Source: Corallochytrium limacisporum Hawaii (taxonomy: Eukaryota; Protista; Pluriformea). From it: a DNA stretch of 64,000 bases. The translations under genes were made by a program, and so were the position numbers. Positions 44,356 to 56,474 of the stretch are shown piece by piece. Below the pieces are notes generated by a model, which had not been told where the DNA came from, searched no databases, and saw only the letters and a list, made by a program, of their open reading frames with translations. The stretch spans positions 124,001-188,000 of the forward strand of contig PDIP01000033.1 in NCBI GenBank assembly GCA_002811645.1, given 5' to 3'. Within the stretch, counting starts at the first letter, position 1. Every line of letters begins with the position of its first letter.

Positions 44356-45132
44356 ATGAGTCAGATACAGGAAACCCTGTGGGACAGTAGTGTTAGTGTC
44401 GAGGTACATTTGGCACGGAGTGACTGGACGGACGAGATCGAGCCGTTGCCACTCTTAATCCAACTCCGACGCGTCGCCTACCTCCCGTTTTACTCCGACA
44501 GAATTGCATTGCACTTTGGATTTGAAGGGTCTTCGGAAGTATGGTTTGAGGGCGCTTCAGGACCTTTGCAATGGCATATGCCTATTGGTGCGCTATATGA
44601 CCATGCTCTGGTGCACCCGGAGTCAAGAGTAGCGGAAGGGACGCTGTGGAAGATCTACCTGCATGTCAGTCACTGGCCAACCCAGTCACTTTTGCCCTAC
44701 AGTGGGATTGATGACTTGCGCGTTATTTTTATTTCGCAACTGAAGGAAGGCATATTCATGTGCAACCAGTCATCCAAGCTCTTTTCAGAGCTTCAAGCAC
44801 ACCAGATTGAGCAAATGTGGCGATCACTGCGGGACGGTGATAAGTCCTCATTCTGGGTTATCAACAACAAACTGCGACCATCCGATCCGGCGGGCAGATA
44901 CCTTCCATTTCGCCTCACATGTGTAGGCTCCGGGAGAGTAGTTCAGCGTTTACTGCCACTCTGCTCTGAGGATGGGGCAGCAACGACTGTTAGCGCACTT
45001 GAGACCTTGGTCGAAGGCAACAACAAGGAACTCTACACAGCAGGCATTGCCGTTCCGTCGGGGTGTGAACTGGCTTGGCTCTACAGCAAAGCATCATACG
45101 CTGATAACTTCCTGTACATCTTCGTAAAGTAG
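44356..45132 (+). CDS. ATG5: Autophagy protein 5
   Basis: LWDSSV, RVAYLP, WFE...PLQWHMPIGALYD, LKEG (conjugation Lys), YLPFR, SYADNFLYI. Confidence 0.93.
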   Translation: MSQIQETLWDSSVSVEVHLARSDWTDEIEPLPLLIQLRRVAYLPFYSDRIALHFGFEGSSEVWFEGASGPLQWHMPIGALYDHALVHPESRVAEGTLWKIYLHVSHWPTQSLLPYSGIDDLRVIFISQLKEGIFMCNQSSKLFSELQAHQIEQMWRSLRDGDKSSFWVINNKLRPSDPAGRYLPFRLTCVGSGRVVQRLLPLCSEDGAATTVSALETLVEGNNKELYTAGIAVPSGCELAWLYSKASYADNFLYIFVK

Positions 45133-45538
45133 TGTAAGCCATATTACAGATGAAAGTAGAAGATACCGTTTAGTATAGTTTTATATGTTACAGTCTACAA
45201 ACAAACTAAGGTTGGTCACATAAGGTAGGAACTGGGAGGAACTTTGAGGCATGCCTTGCTCTTCAATAAAACACCTCGTACAGTTTCCCGTTTTCACAGA
45301 GGGCGGGTCATTACCGTTGAATTCGAGCTATTTGAGTTGTGTGCTGACTTCCGCCGTGATTCTGCTTTGCAAGCCGTTATTTTGTGTGAAGACACATGTT
45401 TGACGTGGATAAGTATATGCGGATTATGATACATGGATGACTATGATGGGCAGTATGAATGCAGGAGATAAGTATGCAGCAAGGTTACAGGTTGATGTGG
45501 CACATCGCCGACTACATGGCCCCCGTTGGGCACCCCGT

Positions 45539-46354
45539 TTATCTGAAAGTAGGTTTGGCGTCTTGGCTCGAACCAGCCTCTTCGGAGCCATCCAAAAGTC
45601 CACATTCTTTCTTATGGTTGCGCCAGTCCATATGCTGGCAGCGAGCACTGCAATAGCGAGTGCGTCCGCAGCGGTCACAGCTGACGTACTCTCCACTCAA
45701 TAACTCCATGTTGAAGCAAAGACCATACTGGCATTCGTTTACCCGGTAGGGCTGTGCCGCCACAGCCTCGACTACATCACCGTTGGGGTCTAAATCGAAA
45801 GTCTGGGTATTGTTCTGCGGATCATTCTCCATCCCTAACGGTAGCTGACGCAAGGCCGCGGCATACAGAGTACCTTCAGGTCGGATCGTGCCGCGATCGA
45901 CTAGACTGGCAGTCGGTGAAGGGTATTCTTTCTCGTCAACCAGCTGCAAATTAGTCAGGCGATTGTCCACAGTAATGCCGTTGCAGTGCATAACCTTGTA
46001 GCCCGTGGGGATGGGTCCGATCCTGTATTGCCAGAGTAGGACGTGGAAGAGACCCTGACTGTCGACATGAGAGGCTGCATCCGGAATATCTGCCGTACTG
46101 CTGGGCTTGCCCTCTTCCAGTGTGTCTGGGCGTCTTGCAAAAGCAAAGACGGCGGCGCCTTCCCCGTTGGGATCAACTTCTATCCGCACCTCAAAACAGA
46201 ACTGCTTCACGAATGGGATGTCTGCCGCTTCCAGCAACATATATTTAGGTTTGCCGCCTGCGCGTCCTAGGTGCACGATACCCAGCTTCAATCCGGTACC
46301 CGTAGGAGCACTACTCTCCTCGTTGTCAGTCCAAGGGTCCGTTTGGTACCTCAT
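45539..46354 (-). CDS. ZMYND19: Zinc finger MYND domain-containing protein 19
   Basis: KLGIVHLGRAGGKPKY, EVDPNGEGA, HNH-like VMHCNGITVDNRLTNL, C-terminal MYND (CDRC...YCS..CQ..DW..HK..C). Confidence 0.92.
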   Translation of the reverse strand: MRYQTDPWTDNEESSAPTGTGLKLGIVHLGRAGGKPKYMLLEAADIPFVKQFCFEVRIEVDPNGEGAAVFAFARRPDTLEEGKPSSTADIPDAASHVDSQGLFHVLLWQYRIGPIPTGYKVMHCNGITVDNRLTNLQLVDEKEYPSPTASLVDRGTIRPEGTLYAAALRQLPLGMENDPQNNTQTFDLDPNGDVVEAVAAQPYRVNECQYGLCFNMELLSGEYVSCDRCGRTRYCSARCQHMDWRNHKKECGLLDGSEEAGSSQDAKPTFR

Positions 46355-49300
46355 GGTTTTACGTCAGCTATTTGCTTGTGTCTCGTTCGGCCTATTAGTA
46401 ATCCTGTTCTTTAGGGCTTTAGAGTTTTGGGAGTGTGCCGGTTCTATATGCGTGCGTGTACCGGCTAAGTGTGCTGTGTGAAGAGCTTTGTATTTTTTTC
46501 TGATTTTTATCTTCTTTCACTGAATTCCAGATGAGTCTGCTAACTTTTGCAGAGATAGCCAAGTTTGAGTACCCAGTTAAGTCATCATCCTAGATGCTGA
46601 TCCAAGACCTTCTTTCCATCTCTGCACTTTCTTAGCACAATACGTTTCCACTTTACCTTCAATATTCTGTACACAAACACACGGACGCATACACACGACA
46701 CGGAAGACCCACAAAACGCACCGGCAATGGTGATGCGCAAGAACAGCCATCTTTTGCAGCAACTTGCTAGATCACCTCCAACACAGACCGGGGGTCTCTC
46801 GTCCGGCCACTGTCGCAGTATGTTTTTTCGATCCTGTCAGGATTGGTCACTTCCCCCCTCCCCTTGAATCTCAGGCCACTCTGCCCGTAGTACCCAATGT
46901 ACTACATTCTTGGCGACGGTCGGCCTATTGCGAGAAGAAAATTTGTGCAGCAGCGACGACAAGGAGGGGAAATTTTTTTGCCCGGCCAGAGCGAGAGAAC
47001 GAAAAGGGGGCGGAAAGTGAGGGCAAGTGATAAAATGGGAGACAATAGAAGTCTCAAATGGGGAGCTAACCCCGTCCCGTCTAAATTCCAATTTGGTGCT
47101 GCCTGTGAAAAATTTAGCCTTGTTCTTACGTCCTGCCTGCATCTTGGCAATTTGGACCAAACAAGAGGAAAGAAAAAAAAATGGAATAGAATTAGCATTC
47201 TCAAGGGTTCACCATCGAATTAGCCGAAAAAATTCCTCCTCCTCCTCTGCCCCTCCCTCCGACTCCCCCGGTTCCCTTTTTCTCCTCCTGGGCCCGTGTG
47301 TGAGACCCGCAGTGGAGCGCAGCGGTTGTTTCGCAGAGGCGAAGTCCACCAGATACCCAAAGGGGGACACTGATCGCCGTCCCGTGATGGATTTTTTTTT
47401 ATGAGAGGCCCACTTTTTCCAATCCCTCGTGCGATGAGTTTCCCTCACTCTCTCTCTCTCTCTGCACTCCTCCCGGTCCCCCCCCCCAACTCCTCCTGGA
47501 CAGTTCTTGTGGCGGCGGTACCGTCCGAAGCCATACTAAACCAACCTGGCATGTTTTCCTGCGCCGCACCCTACCAAGCGCATGCGCCTACACAGTTGCG
47601 CTTGATGTGTCCCGGTCTACGCCCCAGTGCTGAGGGAGGGGGGAGCAGAATACATAAACAACTACCCCAGACGGAAGCCACTCGACACTCTCGCACTGGC
47701 ACACCTCGAGCCGCGCTTGCTCCGGCGGTGACTCTCCCACCACGTTTCGGGGAAAATCCGATACGTTCACTATGGCGGACTGTTCGAAGGGCCCGCTTTC
47801 GGACGGTGCAGGATCGGCACCACCAGCCCGCCGGAGCAGCCGCGCAACCCCCCACCCACTCTCCGCGGTTGAGCCAAGTGCCAGGGAAAATTCCCTTTTG
47901 ATTTGCCCTGGTGCACCAAGGGCCGAAGTAAGGAACCACCGTCTCTCGCTTCAAAACTGCGGTGAGCATTCGTTCATTTCTCTCTTCTCGATTTCCCTTT
48001 TTTCTTTTCCTTTTTCTTTTCTTTTTTTTTTGCCCCGCTCGTCGCCGAACCGCTTTCCGAGCAATTCTAACCTCTTCGATGGTTAGCCGTTTTTGCCTTG
48101 GCTTGCTTCTTTGTCGCCGGGTATTTCTTTGCAATCCTTGGGACAGAGGGTAGCGAAGGGGCACGCAGTGGTGGTGCATTGCAAGCTTCTGGCCGGCTTT
48201 GCTTTTCTATTATTCTACACAATCTCTTTCTAACACCGCAAGACATCGAGGAGAGAGGGGAGTGGGGGGGGGGGCTCCGGGTAGTTCGCAGACGGGAATT
48301 TTTTTTTTACAGTTTTCAACGGCTCAGGTGTGGCCATCGGGCGGGAGGGTGCTTGCACTCCGACTTTTTGGGTTTTGCGCGGAAGGATACTTTTAGTTTT
48401 GTGGGTCTTGCGGTCGGTCGATTCAGAACCCGGCAAGCACGCGCACACAACAAAAGCCTGGATTTTTGCAAAGTCAAATATTCTGGTTTTGCACTTTCCA
48501 TAGCCAGCCACCGGGAATCTGCAAAAAGTGAAAGTGAAATAAGGTTTGGGGGTTTACTCATTTCCCTGGGCCAGTTGAATCGCAGAGACAGATAACGGTA
48601 GTGAGAGACTATGTGATTGGACGAGAAGTGCGGTGGCGAAACGGCAACACGACCGGATGACCCCATTCGTCATTTCGAAGGGAAGAAGAGGCATAGAAAA
48701 AGCAAAGGACTAAATCAGTACACTGCGGTGGTCGGCCGTGCAACCGTCTGATGACGACAACACATTTAAAGATCAGGTGGTTGGATCTTCTCTCGTTTCG
48801 CCTTCTAAGAATCTCTATGGATTCGCTATGGTCTTTTGCAACTCTGCGGGGCCAAAGGGGGGGGGGGAGAGAGAGGGGAGGGCTTCCACAGCTCTCGTGG
48901 GCCCAATGGGATTTTAGTTACCCCACTGCCACTCTTATCAGCGTATTCCCAGTACTAAGATTTATCTTAGGACCCATCCGCCCTGGGTGAGTTCCTAGAA
49001 AAAAACTATTGGACAAAGAGTTCGTCCCCTATCGGATTCTCCCAAAATTCGCGGTGCAACCATGCCGGTCAGCAAGGATCTATAGTGGAAGTAAGACGAA
49101 GAACAAAATCGAAAGCGGGAGAGATGGGACCCTACCACTACACAATCCTGGGGCGTGTGGAACGAGAGGCACAAGCAGAAAGCTCACCAGTCGGGGACGA
49201 GCACAGCGAGTCAGTGGCTTTAACACCCGTAGTCGAGTTTTGCAATACTTAATATACTGAACCATTTCGGATTCAAGTTGCGTAAACTTGCGGAAGTGGG

Positions 49301-52170
49301 AGGGTGAGTGTTTTGCCATGGATCGCTTTGGCCGAAACGACAGGGAGCAAATTTTCTTAGTGAATATACTCAGCAAATTACATGCTTGGGCTTGGTCCGA
49401 GACAGCGTGACATACTCTTTGGTCCAAGAATTGGGCTTCATTCATTACTGCCATGAGCGAACATGCTGAACGGACAGGGAGTCTCATTTACCGGAGGTGG
49501 CATTCACCTCGACGGCTCATGAAGCACCCTGTCCGTCGCTAATCCCTGACTGCACCGCCACCAGCCGCCACAGAGAACTCTCTGATCGGTGCCGAGGAGG
49601 CGCCGAGGCAGTCGCGATGATGTCAATTTCTCACTTTGGACGGGAGAAGTTTTCCGGGGTTTCGAGTCAGTGTCTGTATGCGTGTGCTGGGGGGGGGGGA
49701 GACGGGATAGGTCTCTCAAAGACTGTGTGCCGGTGCACCCGGCCTCGCGTTCGCTGTTCCGCTGTGGATATTGGCTTGACCGAAGCGAGGGCAAACGAAA
49801 CATAAGAACGTGCCGAGGTTATACAAATTATACTGCTCAACAATGGCAAAGAGAAAGTAAAAGGCTGAGCCCCTCGCGGATGGGACTCGACAGATCTTCG
49901 AATTTTCTGTTCTTACAAGCTTCTGGACAAGAACGGGGCATAATGCCCCGGTCGCGTAGAACACTCACACACATTTACTATGAATAACAAACATTTGGTC
50001 GGACAAGCCACCACCCCCATCGGCTTGTTCCGTTTGCCTCAGCGCTACCAAATTTAGGAATTCGGACCCGCAGAGTGCGCACGCTACTGGCTTCCGGAAG
50101 AAACTTTGCAGATCTTTTCACCTTCGGAAACAGTACTGCGCGCGGCTGGGTGGGGGAACCGGGAAGGGAGTTGGAGTTCGGCCAAGCGCACTTCGGTGAC
50201 TAACTGCGCTCTCTTGCTTGGCCGCGCACCTACACAACAAAATAAAAAACATCGAAGCCTCGCCCCCCCCTTCCCCAAACCTAAAATATTCTGCTTCACT
50301 GAAAGCTTTCCGCAGACCGCCCTCCGCCCCGCGGACAAACTTAAAAAAAAAACCTTTGAAGAGGGAGTTCAGTACACAGGCAATTCAGCAGCGGAGCGGT
50401 TCGGCCGGAGTGCACAAAGAGAGAACGAGGAAAACGACGAAAAAGAGCAGTCAGACCGGTCTGGTACAATGGAGAGCGGGGGGCATTAGCAAAGGAGCAA
50501 AGGAGAGCGAGCAAAACCAGGGAAGGGGAGGGGGACCGGAAAGGAGAAATTATTATGGGGCAGTACGATGCTGAAGAATGAAGTGACGTTGCATCTTTCG
50601 GGGCCGTATTTTGCACCAAAATAGAAAACTCTCCCCTTGGTTCCCTCCCCTACCTCTACCCCCCCTCCCCCTTTCGCTTCTGCCACCGCATAAGATCCAA
50701 CCGGGATGGATTGCTCTTGGCCCGGAAAATAGGCCCCTGATCGTTCGCAAGGAGCTATGGAATATATTCTGATGAATCAACGGGTTGCTGGGCAGGGGTC
50801 CTTTTTACTCTTTAGACTTGCGCCTAGTTTCCGCTTGTCGCTGGGCGAGTCACCGACAAATCCGGAGGCGGTTCCCAAACAGAGCCGAGCCCCAAATTGG
50901 TACTGAATGTGAGGCAAACTTCGCGCCAATTTCGGATGATCCGGTTTTTGACGTTTCGGTATGGCACGCACGCGTGTTGGATTCCGGTGCACTGGGCCCT
51001 CCACATTCGTACGCCGGCCATGTAATGAACATTCCATGAATTCGTAGCCCTGTGCACTGCGAAGGGCTTGAGATGCTGTAGATGAAGTGCCATCGTTGCT
51101 GTTGAGAGTTACGGTGCAATTGTATGGATTGATAACAAAGAAATGTGCCTAGAGAATGAAAGGACGGGACACCGGCCAGTGATGTGTGCAGCACGTATGG
51201 ATGCGCACATGTCTGTTCACTTCGTCGTCAATACTCTGTTCCAAACATGCTCAACGTCAGTAGCAACCAGAAACATATTTATGCATGTGTCAAAGGGTGC
51301 GGTATTGGGGGCATAGATGGGGTCCGCTGTTTTATTTCTTGGCATTTTTGGGCCGTACATACATGAATGTTGCCGTGCAATGTTTATCTGAGTCTGATTC
51401 ACCATTGCCTGACATGAACGACCGGGTGAAGAACCTGGGCTATGTGAAATAAAGTCCGTGAGTGAATTTCTAGTCAGAGTCACGGGTCACATTGATAAAC
51501 TAACCAAATGAAAATCCTCAACAATGGCTCGCAAAGGCTCTCAAGAATGCGCTAACTGGGCGTCTCCACCCGCCTGGTTTCCAACCGCCGCCGACCGGAC
51601 GGTCTGAATTTTGTCCTCCAGAATGAGGAGCCCTGCCGTTAAACTTATCGCGCGCTTTGGCTCTCATAATAAATATACTGCATATAATTTCGAAATATCG
51701 TCCTGTGAAAATATTGTGGGGATATTTTGCTTCTGTGGTCGATCGCCTCTACACCTGGCGTAGAACCCCGCGCAGTGCGAATCAAAATTACAGGTGGAGC
51801 CTGACCACAGTAGCAGTGAACGCCCTTCAGCCCCGAAGCGCCAAACTAAACTCATTCTACCCATTACGTCTTTTGGAAGAGGTTAAAGAAAGTGTGTCCA
51901 GGTCAACCCCTGAGCAACCAACCGCCTCAACCAAATGGCGACAGAGCCAAACACACCATAAACGATGACTGCGCAGGCCGTTGTGGCTGCCATAGGAATG
52001 GACAAGCGTTAGTGATATCACCCGGTATTTCAAGTTCAGAGAAGCCTTCAATCTTTTTCTTTGCTCAGACTATTGAATCAGTTCTAGGGTCGGACGGAAC
52101 AGTTTTGTTGGGCACTGAAAGGAATGTGAACTGGACCGTGATCTTTCCTGGGCACGAATTCAAATTGATC

Positions 52171-53967
52171 ATGAGAATGGTTCTCGGGGTGCTGGTCGCC
52201 TGGAGTGCAAGCATTGTTGCCGCAGACGTGGTACCTCGAAATGGCAACGACGTCTGGTATGAAGGCCAGACATTCCGTAGACAAGCAGAGGACCAGTGCT
52301 TCAGCCAAACTGGTGGCTGCAACGAAAACGCGGAATGCACAACGGACACAACCAAGGGAGAATCCGTGTGTGAATGTAAAGAGGGATTTCAAGGAGACGG
52401 CTCCATCTGCAATGCGGATACGTGTCCATGTGTTCCTGGTCTCACTTGTCAGGGTGGCATCTGTGTGGACCCCAGCTGCATAGAATTCACAGTCCGTGAC
52501 TTCTCATATGTACCCCCTGCGAACGTCATTTTCTTTCTCGAAGTCAACGACTGCCAGGGACGACCGATGAGTGAGCTCCCAGTCGCATCTTTTGAGGTCA
52601 CCGAGGATGGCTACGATGTCTCCAGTACTGAAAGCTTCCAGAGTCTCTTGCCATTAGGTGAGTCCGTTGGTGTCCGAACTCTGATAGTGGTTGATTTATC
52701 AGGCTCGGTTCGCCCTGACCTGCCGAAGCTGATCACTGCGCTTCAGAACTTTGTGGATCTCACAAGCAACTTTTTCAATCAAATTGCAATTTTGGGGTTC
52801 GGGGGTGGACAGGACATGATTCCGTATTCGAATTTCACGAGTAGTCGTACAGACCTGATCAATGCCATCAACTCTATTCCCGGAAATTTGCCAGCAGACG
52901 AGTCCACTAACCTAAACGGAGCAGTTGTCGAGTCGTTGGCCTTCACCGCGATCTCCGAGGAAGTGAGTACCTATGAGCTATCCCTATCCAACATTTTGCT
53001 CTTCACCGATGGCACTGACCGATCTGGCTTCTACACCAGTAGCCAGGCCATTGATGCCATCTACTCGTCAGATACTAACTTCTACGTCGCGGGCGTCGGC
53101 ACGGAGCAGGATCTAGAGGTGATGCGTGAGTACGGCAAGGACGGCTTCTTCCCAGCGGAGAACATTCAGGAGCTTGACAAAGTGTTTGGTGGTATCGCTG
53201 ACAGTCTGATGGCAGAGGCAACAAACAAATACGGACTGACGTATTGCTCACCTTCTCGTACGGGCAATCACTCCATTGAGGTGAAATTGAAGGGTCAAAC
53301 AAGCGGCAACAGTGCCACCAGTGAGTTCAATGCTGACGGGTTTGGCGCGGGCTGTAGTCAGACGGCGCTGCTGGACCCATGTGACGATGGTTGTGGCGAC
53401 GTGCGTGGTATCAACTGTGGTCCATGTCCAGTCGTCATTGAAGGTGGGTACACTTCAGTCTTTCGAAGCGGTACCGCTACTGCGGTACAGGTTGGCGACC
53501 AGACCCCCACCGTTTTTGAAGTAACAAGCAAGGATGCAACGTCGTCGAAAAGGAGAAAGCGGAGGGAAACCGATGGCTGCGTGCGGGTGTATTCAGGTTC
53601 GGAGCAACCCCCCTTGCCGTATTTCTTTGAATATGCCGCGCCGACGAATCGTACTTTTGGCAACGACATGCAAATTGCTGCGAACGCAACTGCATTCCAG
53701 GTTCCATACCTGACCATCCTGATCAGCCCACAATGCCAGGATCAGGAAGTAACGTTCACCAACCTGAACAAAGAACCTGTTGACAATGGAGGCTCGGGTG
53801 GTGGGGACACCGGGGGTAGCAGTGGTGATTCAAACGATGACGGTGGCGGTGGCGGTGGCCTGTCTTCTGGTGCTATCGCTGCCATTGTTATCTTCACCAT
53901 CATCGGTTTTGTTCTACTTGTCTACTTTGGACACAAGCTCTACGATCACCTTGATGAGCACTTGTAG
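52171..53967 (+). CDS. Type-I membrane protein: signal peptide, EGF-like domain, vWA (MIDAS) domain, furin-like KRRKRR site, Gly-rich linker, TM, short tail
   Basis: MRMVLGVLVAWSASIVAA; CNENAEC...CECKEGFQGDGSIC; VDLSGS...STNL...FTDG; IAAIVIFTIIGFVLLVYF. ATG 52171. Confidence 0.88.
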   Translation: MRMVLGVLVAWSASIVAADVVPRNGNDVWYEGQTFRRQAEDQCFSQTGGCNENAECTTDTTKGESVCECKEGFQGDGSICNADTCPCVPGLTCQGGICVDPSCIEFTVRDFSYVPPANVIFFLEVNDCQGRPMSELPVASFEVTEDGYDVSSTESFQSLLPLGESVGVRTLIVVDLSGSVRPDLPKLITALQNFVDLTSNFFNQIAILGFGGGQDMIPYSNFTSSRTDLINAINSIPGNLPADESTNLNGAVVESLAFTAISEEVSTYELSLSNILLFTDGTDRSGFYTSSQAIDAIYSSDTNFYVAGVGTEQDLEVMREYGKDGFFPAENIQELDKVFGGIADSLMAEATNKYGLTYCSPSRTGNHSIEVKLKGQTSGNSATSEFNADGFGAGCSQTALLDPCDDGCGDVRGINCGPCPVVIEGGYTSVFRSGTATAVQVGDQTPTVFEVTSKDATSSKRRKRRETDGCVRVYSGSEQPPLPYFFEYAAPTNRTFGNDMQIAANATAFQVPYLTILISPQCQDQEVTFTNLNKEPVDNGGSGGGDTGGSSGDSNDDGGGGGGLSSGAIAAIVIFTIIGFVLLVYFGHKLYDHLDEHL

Positions 53968-54151
53968 AAGAGTCTCTTCATCACAGTACAATAAGTAAAA
54001 CACCTGCTAGTTCATGTATGATACACCAAAAATCAGGCGAGTTCGTCAATGCATTTGATCATTCTAAACCCTTAGCAAAGTAACGCCTTGGTAAGGGCAC
54101 GGCCCCTCCGTCCCCCCCCCCCCCCCAAAACCCCCGGGGGTGGCGTTCACC

Positions 54152-54425
54152 NNNNNNNNNNNNNNNNNNNNNNNNNNNNNNNNNNNNNNNNNNNNNNNNN
54201 NNNNNNNNNNNNNNNNNNNNNNNNNNNNNNNNNNNNNNNNNNNNNNNNNNNNNNNNNNNNNNNNNNNNNNNNNNNNNNNNNNNNNNNNNNNNNNNNNNNN
54301 NNNNNNNNNNNNNNNNNNNNNNNNNNNNNNNNNNNNNNNNNNNNNNNNNNNNNNNNNNNNNNNNNNNNNNNNNNNNNNNNNNNNNNNNNNNNNNNNNNNN
54401 NNNNNNNNNNNNNNNNNNNNNNNNN
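54152..54425. other. Assembly gap flanked by an identical 22-bp sequence
   Basis: ACCCCCGGGGGTGGCGTTCACC occurs immediately on both sides of the Ns. Confidence 0.95.
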
Positions 54426-54848
54426 ACCCCCGGGGGTGGCGTTCACCGTCGGCTTTTCCCCCTCCCACCGCCCTCTGGGGGGCTGGGGGGGATGTTCCCG
54501 TCCGGTTTCCCAGGTCGCCCACTCGAGGAAACGAAAGCTGAACACCCGATGCTTTGAATTTACGGTGGCAACGGGTTGGGTGGTTGGGGGAAGGCAAAAC
54601 GCCGGCCTCCTTTGCCCTTGGGGGGAATTCACTCAAAGGGCAAGAATTGGCTACTTTGTGTCCCTGCATGCGGGGGTATTCAATCTGGTGACGTGTATTG
54701 GTGCGCACGACAGGCCGTCGGGGTTTGTACCACGAGACACTTGCTGTTTCAGTGCGGGTATGTAATGGCAGCATACTTAACACTGTTTGACATCAATACA
54801 TAACTGATGAAGACCAACAGACGGGAGTACTTGTAAGTGTTCGTCACC

Positions 54849-55463
54849 ATGATTGTCCATTTCATGCGACATGGGGATGTACACAATCCGGAATCTGTTC
54901 TCTACGGACGGATACCGGGCTACGGGCTCTCTGAGGAGGGACAGAAACAAGCAGCGGCCACAGGAAAGCATGTTAGTGATTGGAAATTCACCACATTGTA
55001 CTGCTCACCCTTGCAACGAGCTCAGGAGACAATGGCGATCGTCAGACAGCATTTGAAAACGGATGTCGACTTGATCATCGCCGACGAAATCACGGAAAGC
55101 AACGTTGCATATCAAGGAGAACCCATCAAAAAGATCTTCGATATCGGTTGGGACCGAATCTACAGAGACATCGATCCCCAGAAGGGGTATGAAAGCTTCG
55201 AGGATGTAGGCAAGCGCATAGTGTCCTGGTTGAACAATATTGCATCGCGCCACGATGAGACTGACGAAGTGCTCGCCGTCTCCCATGGAGACCCAATTCT
55301 CTGTGCATGGATATTTGCCAACTGTAAAGATTTCTCCATCGATATGCGTGCGACCAATGCGGAGCAATTCTATCCGTCCAAATGCAGCGTCTTGTCTCTG
55401 CATTTGCCTTCGTCACAGGTACATCAACCGCTGGAGCATGAATACTGGGAAGGTCTCGACTGA
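54849..55463 (+). CDS. Histidine phosphatase (phosphoglycerate-mutase family)
   Basis: RHG catalytic motif, CSPLQRAQET, ESF, VSHGDP. Confidence 0.92.
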   Translation: MIVHFMRHGDVHNPESVLYGRIPGYGLSEEGQKQAAATGKHVSDWKFTTLYCSPLQRAQETMAIVRQHLKTDVDLIIADEITESNVAYQGEPIKKIFDIGWDRIYRDIDPQKGYESFEDVGKRIVSWLNNIASRHDETDEVLAVSHGDPILCAWIFANCKDFSIDMRATNAEQFYPSKCSVLSLHLPSSQVHQPLEHEYWEGLD

Positions 55464-56004
55464 GAGCATGCTCGCCACACCCAACTGTATCATACCATGT
55501 TAATAAACCATTCCCATTCTGCCACCTTGCGCAACTGTGCATGATCCAATACTGTGATGATCCGGACAAGTGCTGCTGCCGTATCATTCTGAAGCGCCAC
55601 GGCGAGCGAAACCAAGCCACTGTTTGCATCCTAGGTCCCAAGTAACCCCCCCCTCCTCCAGCACACGGACCAAGCGAGAGTGACACCAAAGAGCGAAAGG
55701 AAATTTTTTCGCCCCGAGTGGCGGGAGCGCGAGTTCAGTCAGTCGGCCGGTTGGACCGTTGTGCAATTTTTCGGGGCAGCTCCGTCCATTCTTTCGGTAC
55801 CGAAAAAGCCAACGCGTGTGGCGAAAACTGGGAGTTGCGAATTTTTCGGGCTTGGTTCGTCGGCGCGCCAGTGTTGCCACCGCTTCTCTAACCTCGGGCA
55901 CCGGTTCGGTACTTCGGGACTGGCGGGTTGAGGAGAGAAGAAGCCCAGGGGCTCTGCGGACCGCCACGGAGCGGGCCATAAAAAAAAAAACACTGAGGGA
56001 GACC

Positions 56005-56326
56005 NNNNNNNNNNNNNNNNNNNNNNNNNNNNNNNNNNNNNNNNNNNNNNNNNNNNNNNNNNNNNNNNNNNNNNNNNNNNNNNNNNNNNNNNNNNNNNNN
56101 NNNNNNNNNNNNNNNNNNNNNNNNNNNNNNNNNNNNNNNNNNNNNNNNNNNNNNNNNNNNNNNNNNNNNNNNNNNNNNNNNNNNNNNNNNNNNNNNNNNN
56201 NNNNNNNNNNNNNNNNNNNNNNNNNNNNNNNNNNNNNNNNNNNNNNNNNNNNNNNNNNNNNNNNNNNNNNNNNNNNNNNNNNNNNNNNNNNNNNNNNNNN
56301 NNNNNNNNNNNNNNNNNNNNNNNNNN
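56005..56326. other. Assembly gap (N run)
   Basis: Ns. Confidence 0.99.
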
Positions 56327-56474
56327 TTGTGGTTGATGGTGAAGAAGGTACAAAAGTCTGTAGTATACTTGAGATTGCGGAAACAATAGCCATCCGATTC
56401 GATACGAATCGTGAATCGACATGGGATAGTAAGTACGGGTTCAGTAACGAAGGTAAAACACAAATTAGTCGACC

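Noticed and set aside
45950-46030. Phage-like HNH motif inside ZMYND19
   Set aside because: It is part of the normal ZMYND19 architecture, not a mobile endonuclease insertion.
48636-48756. GAAAC...CTGATGA resembling a hammerhead ribozyme core
   Set aside because: Stems I and II cannot form and the cleavage triplet is wrong.
54130-54447. 22-bp direct repeat flanking the gap (possible TSD or array)
   Set aside because: Most simply an unmerged contig overlap at a CCCCCGGGGG/poly-C tract. It cannot be tested without reads.
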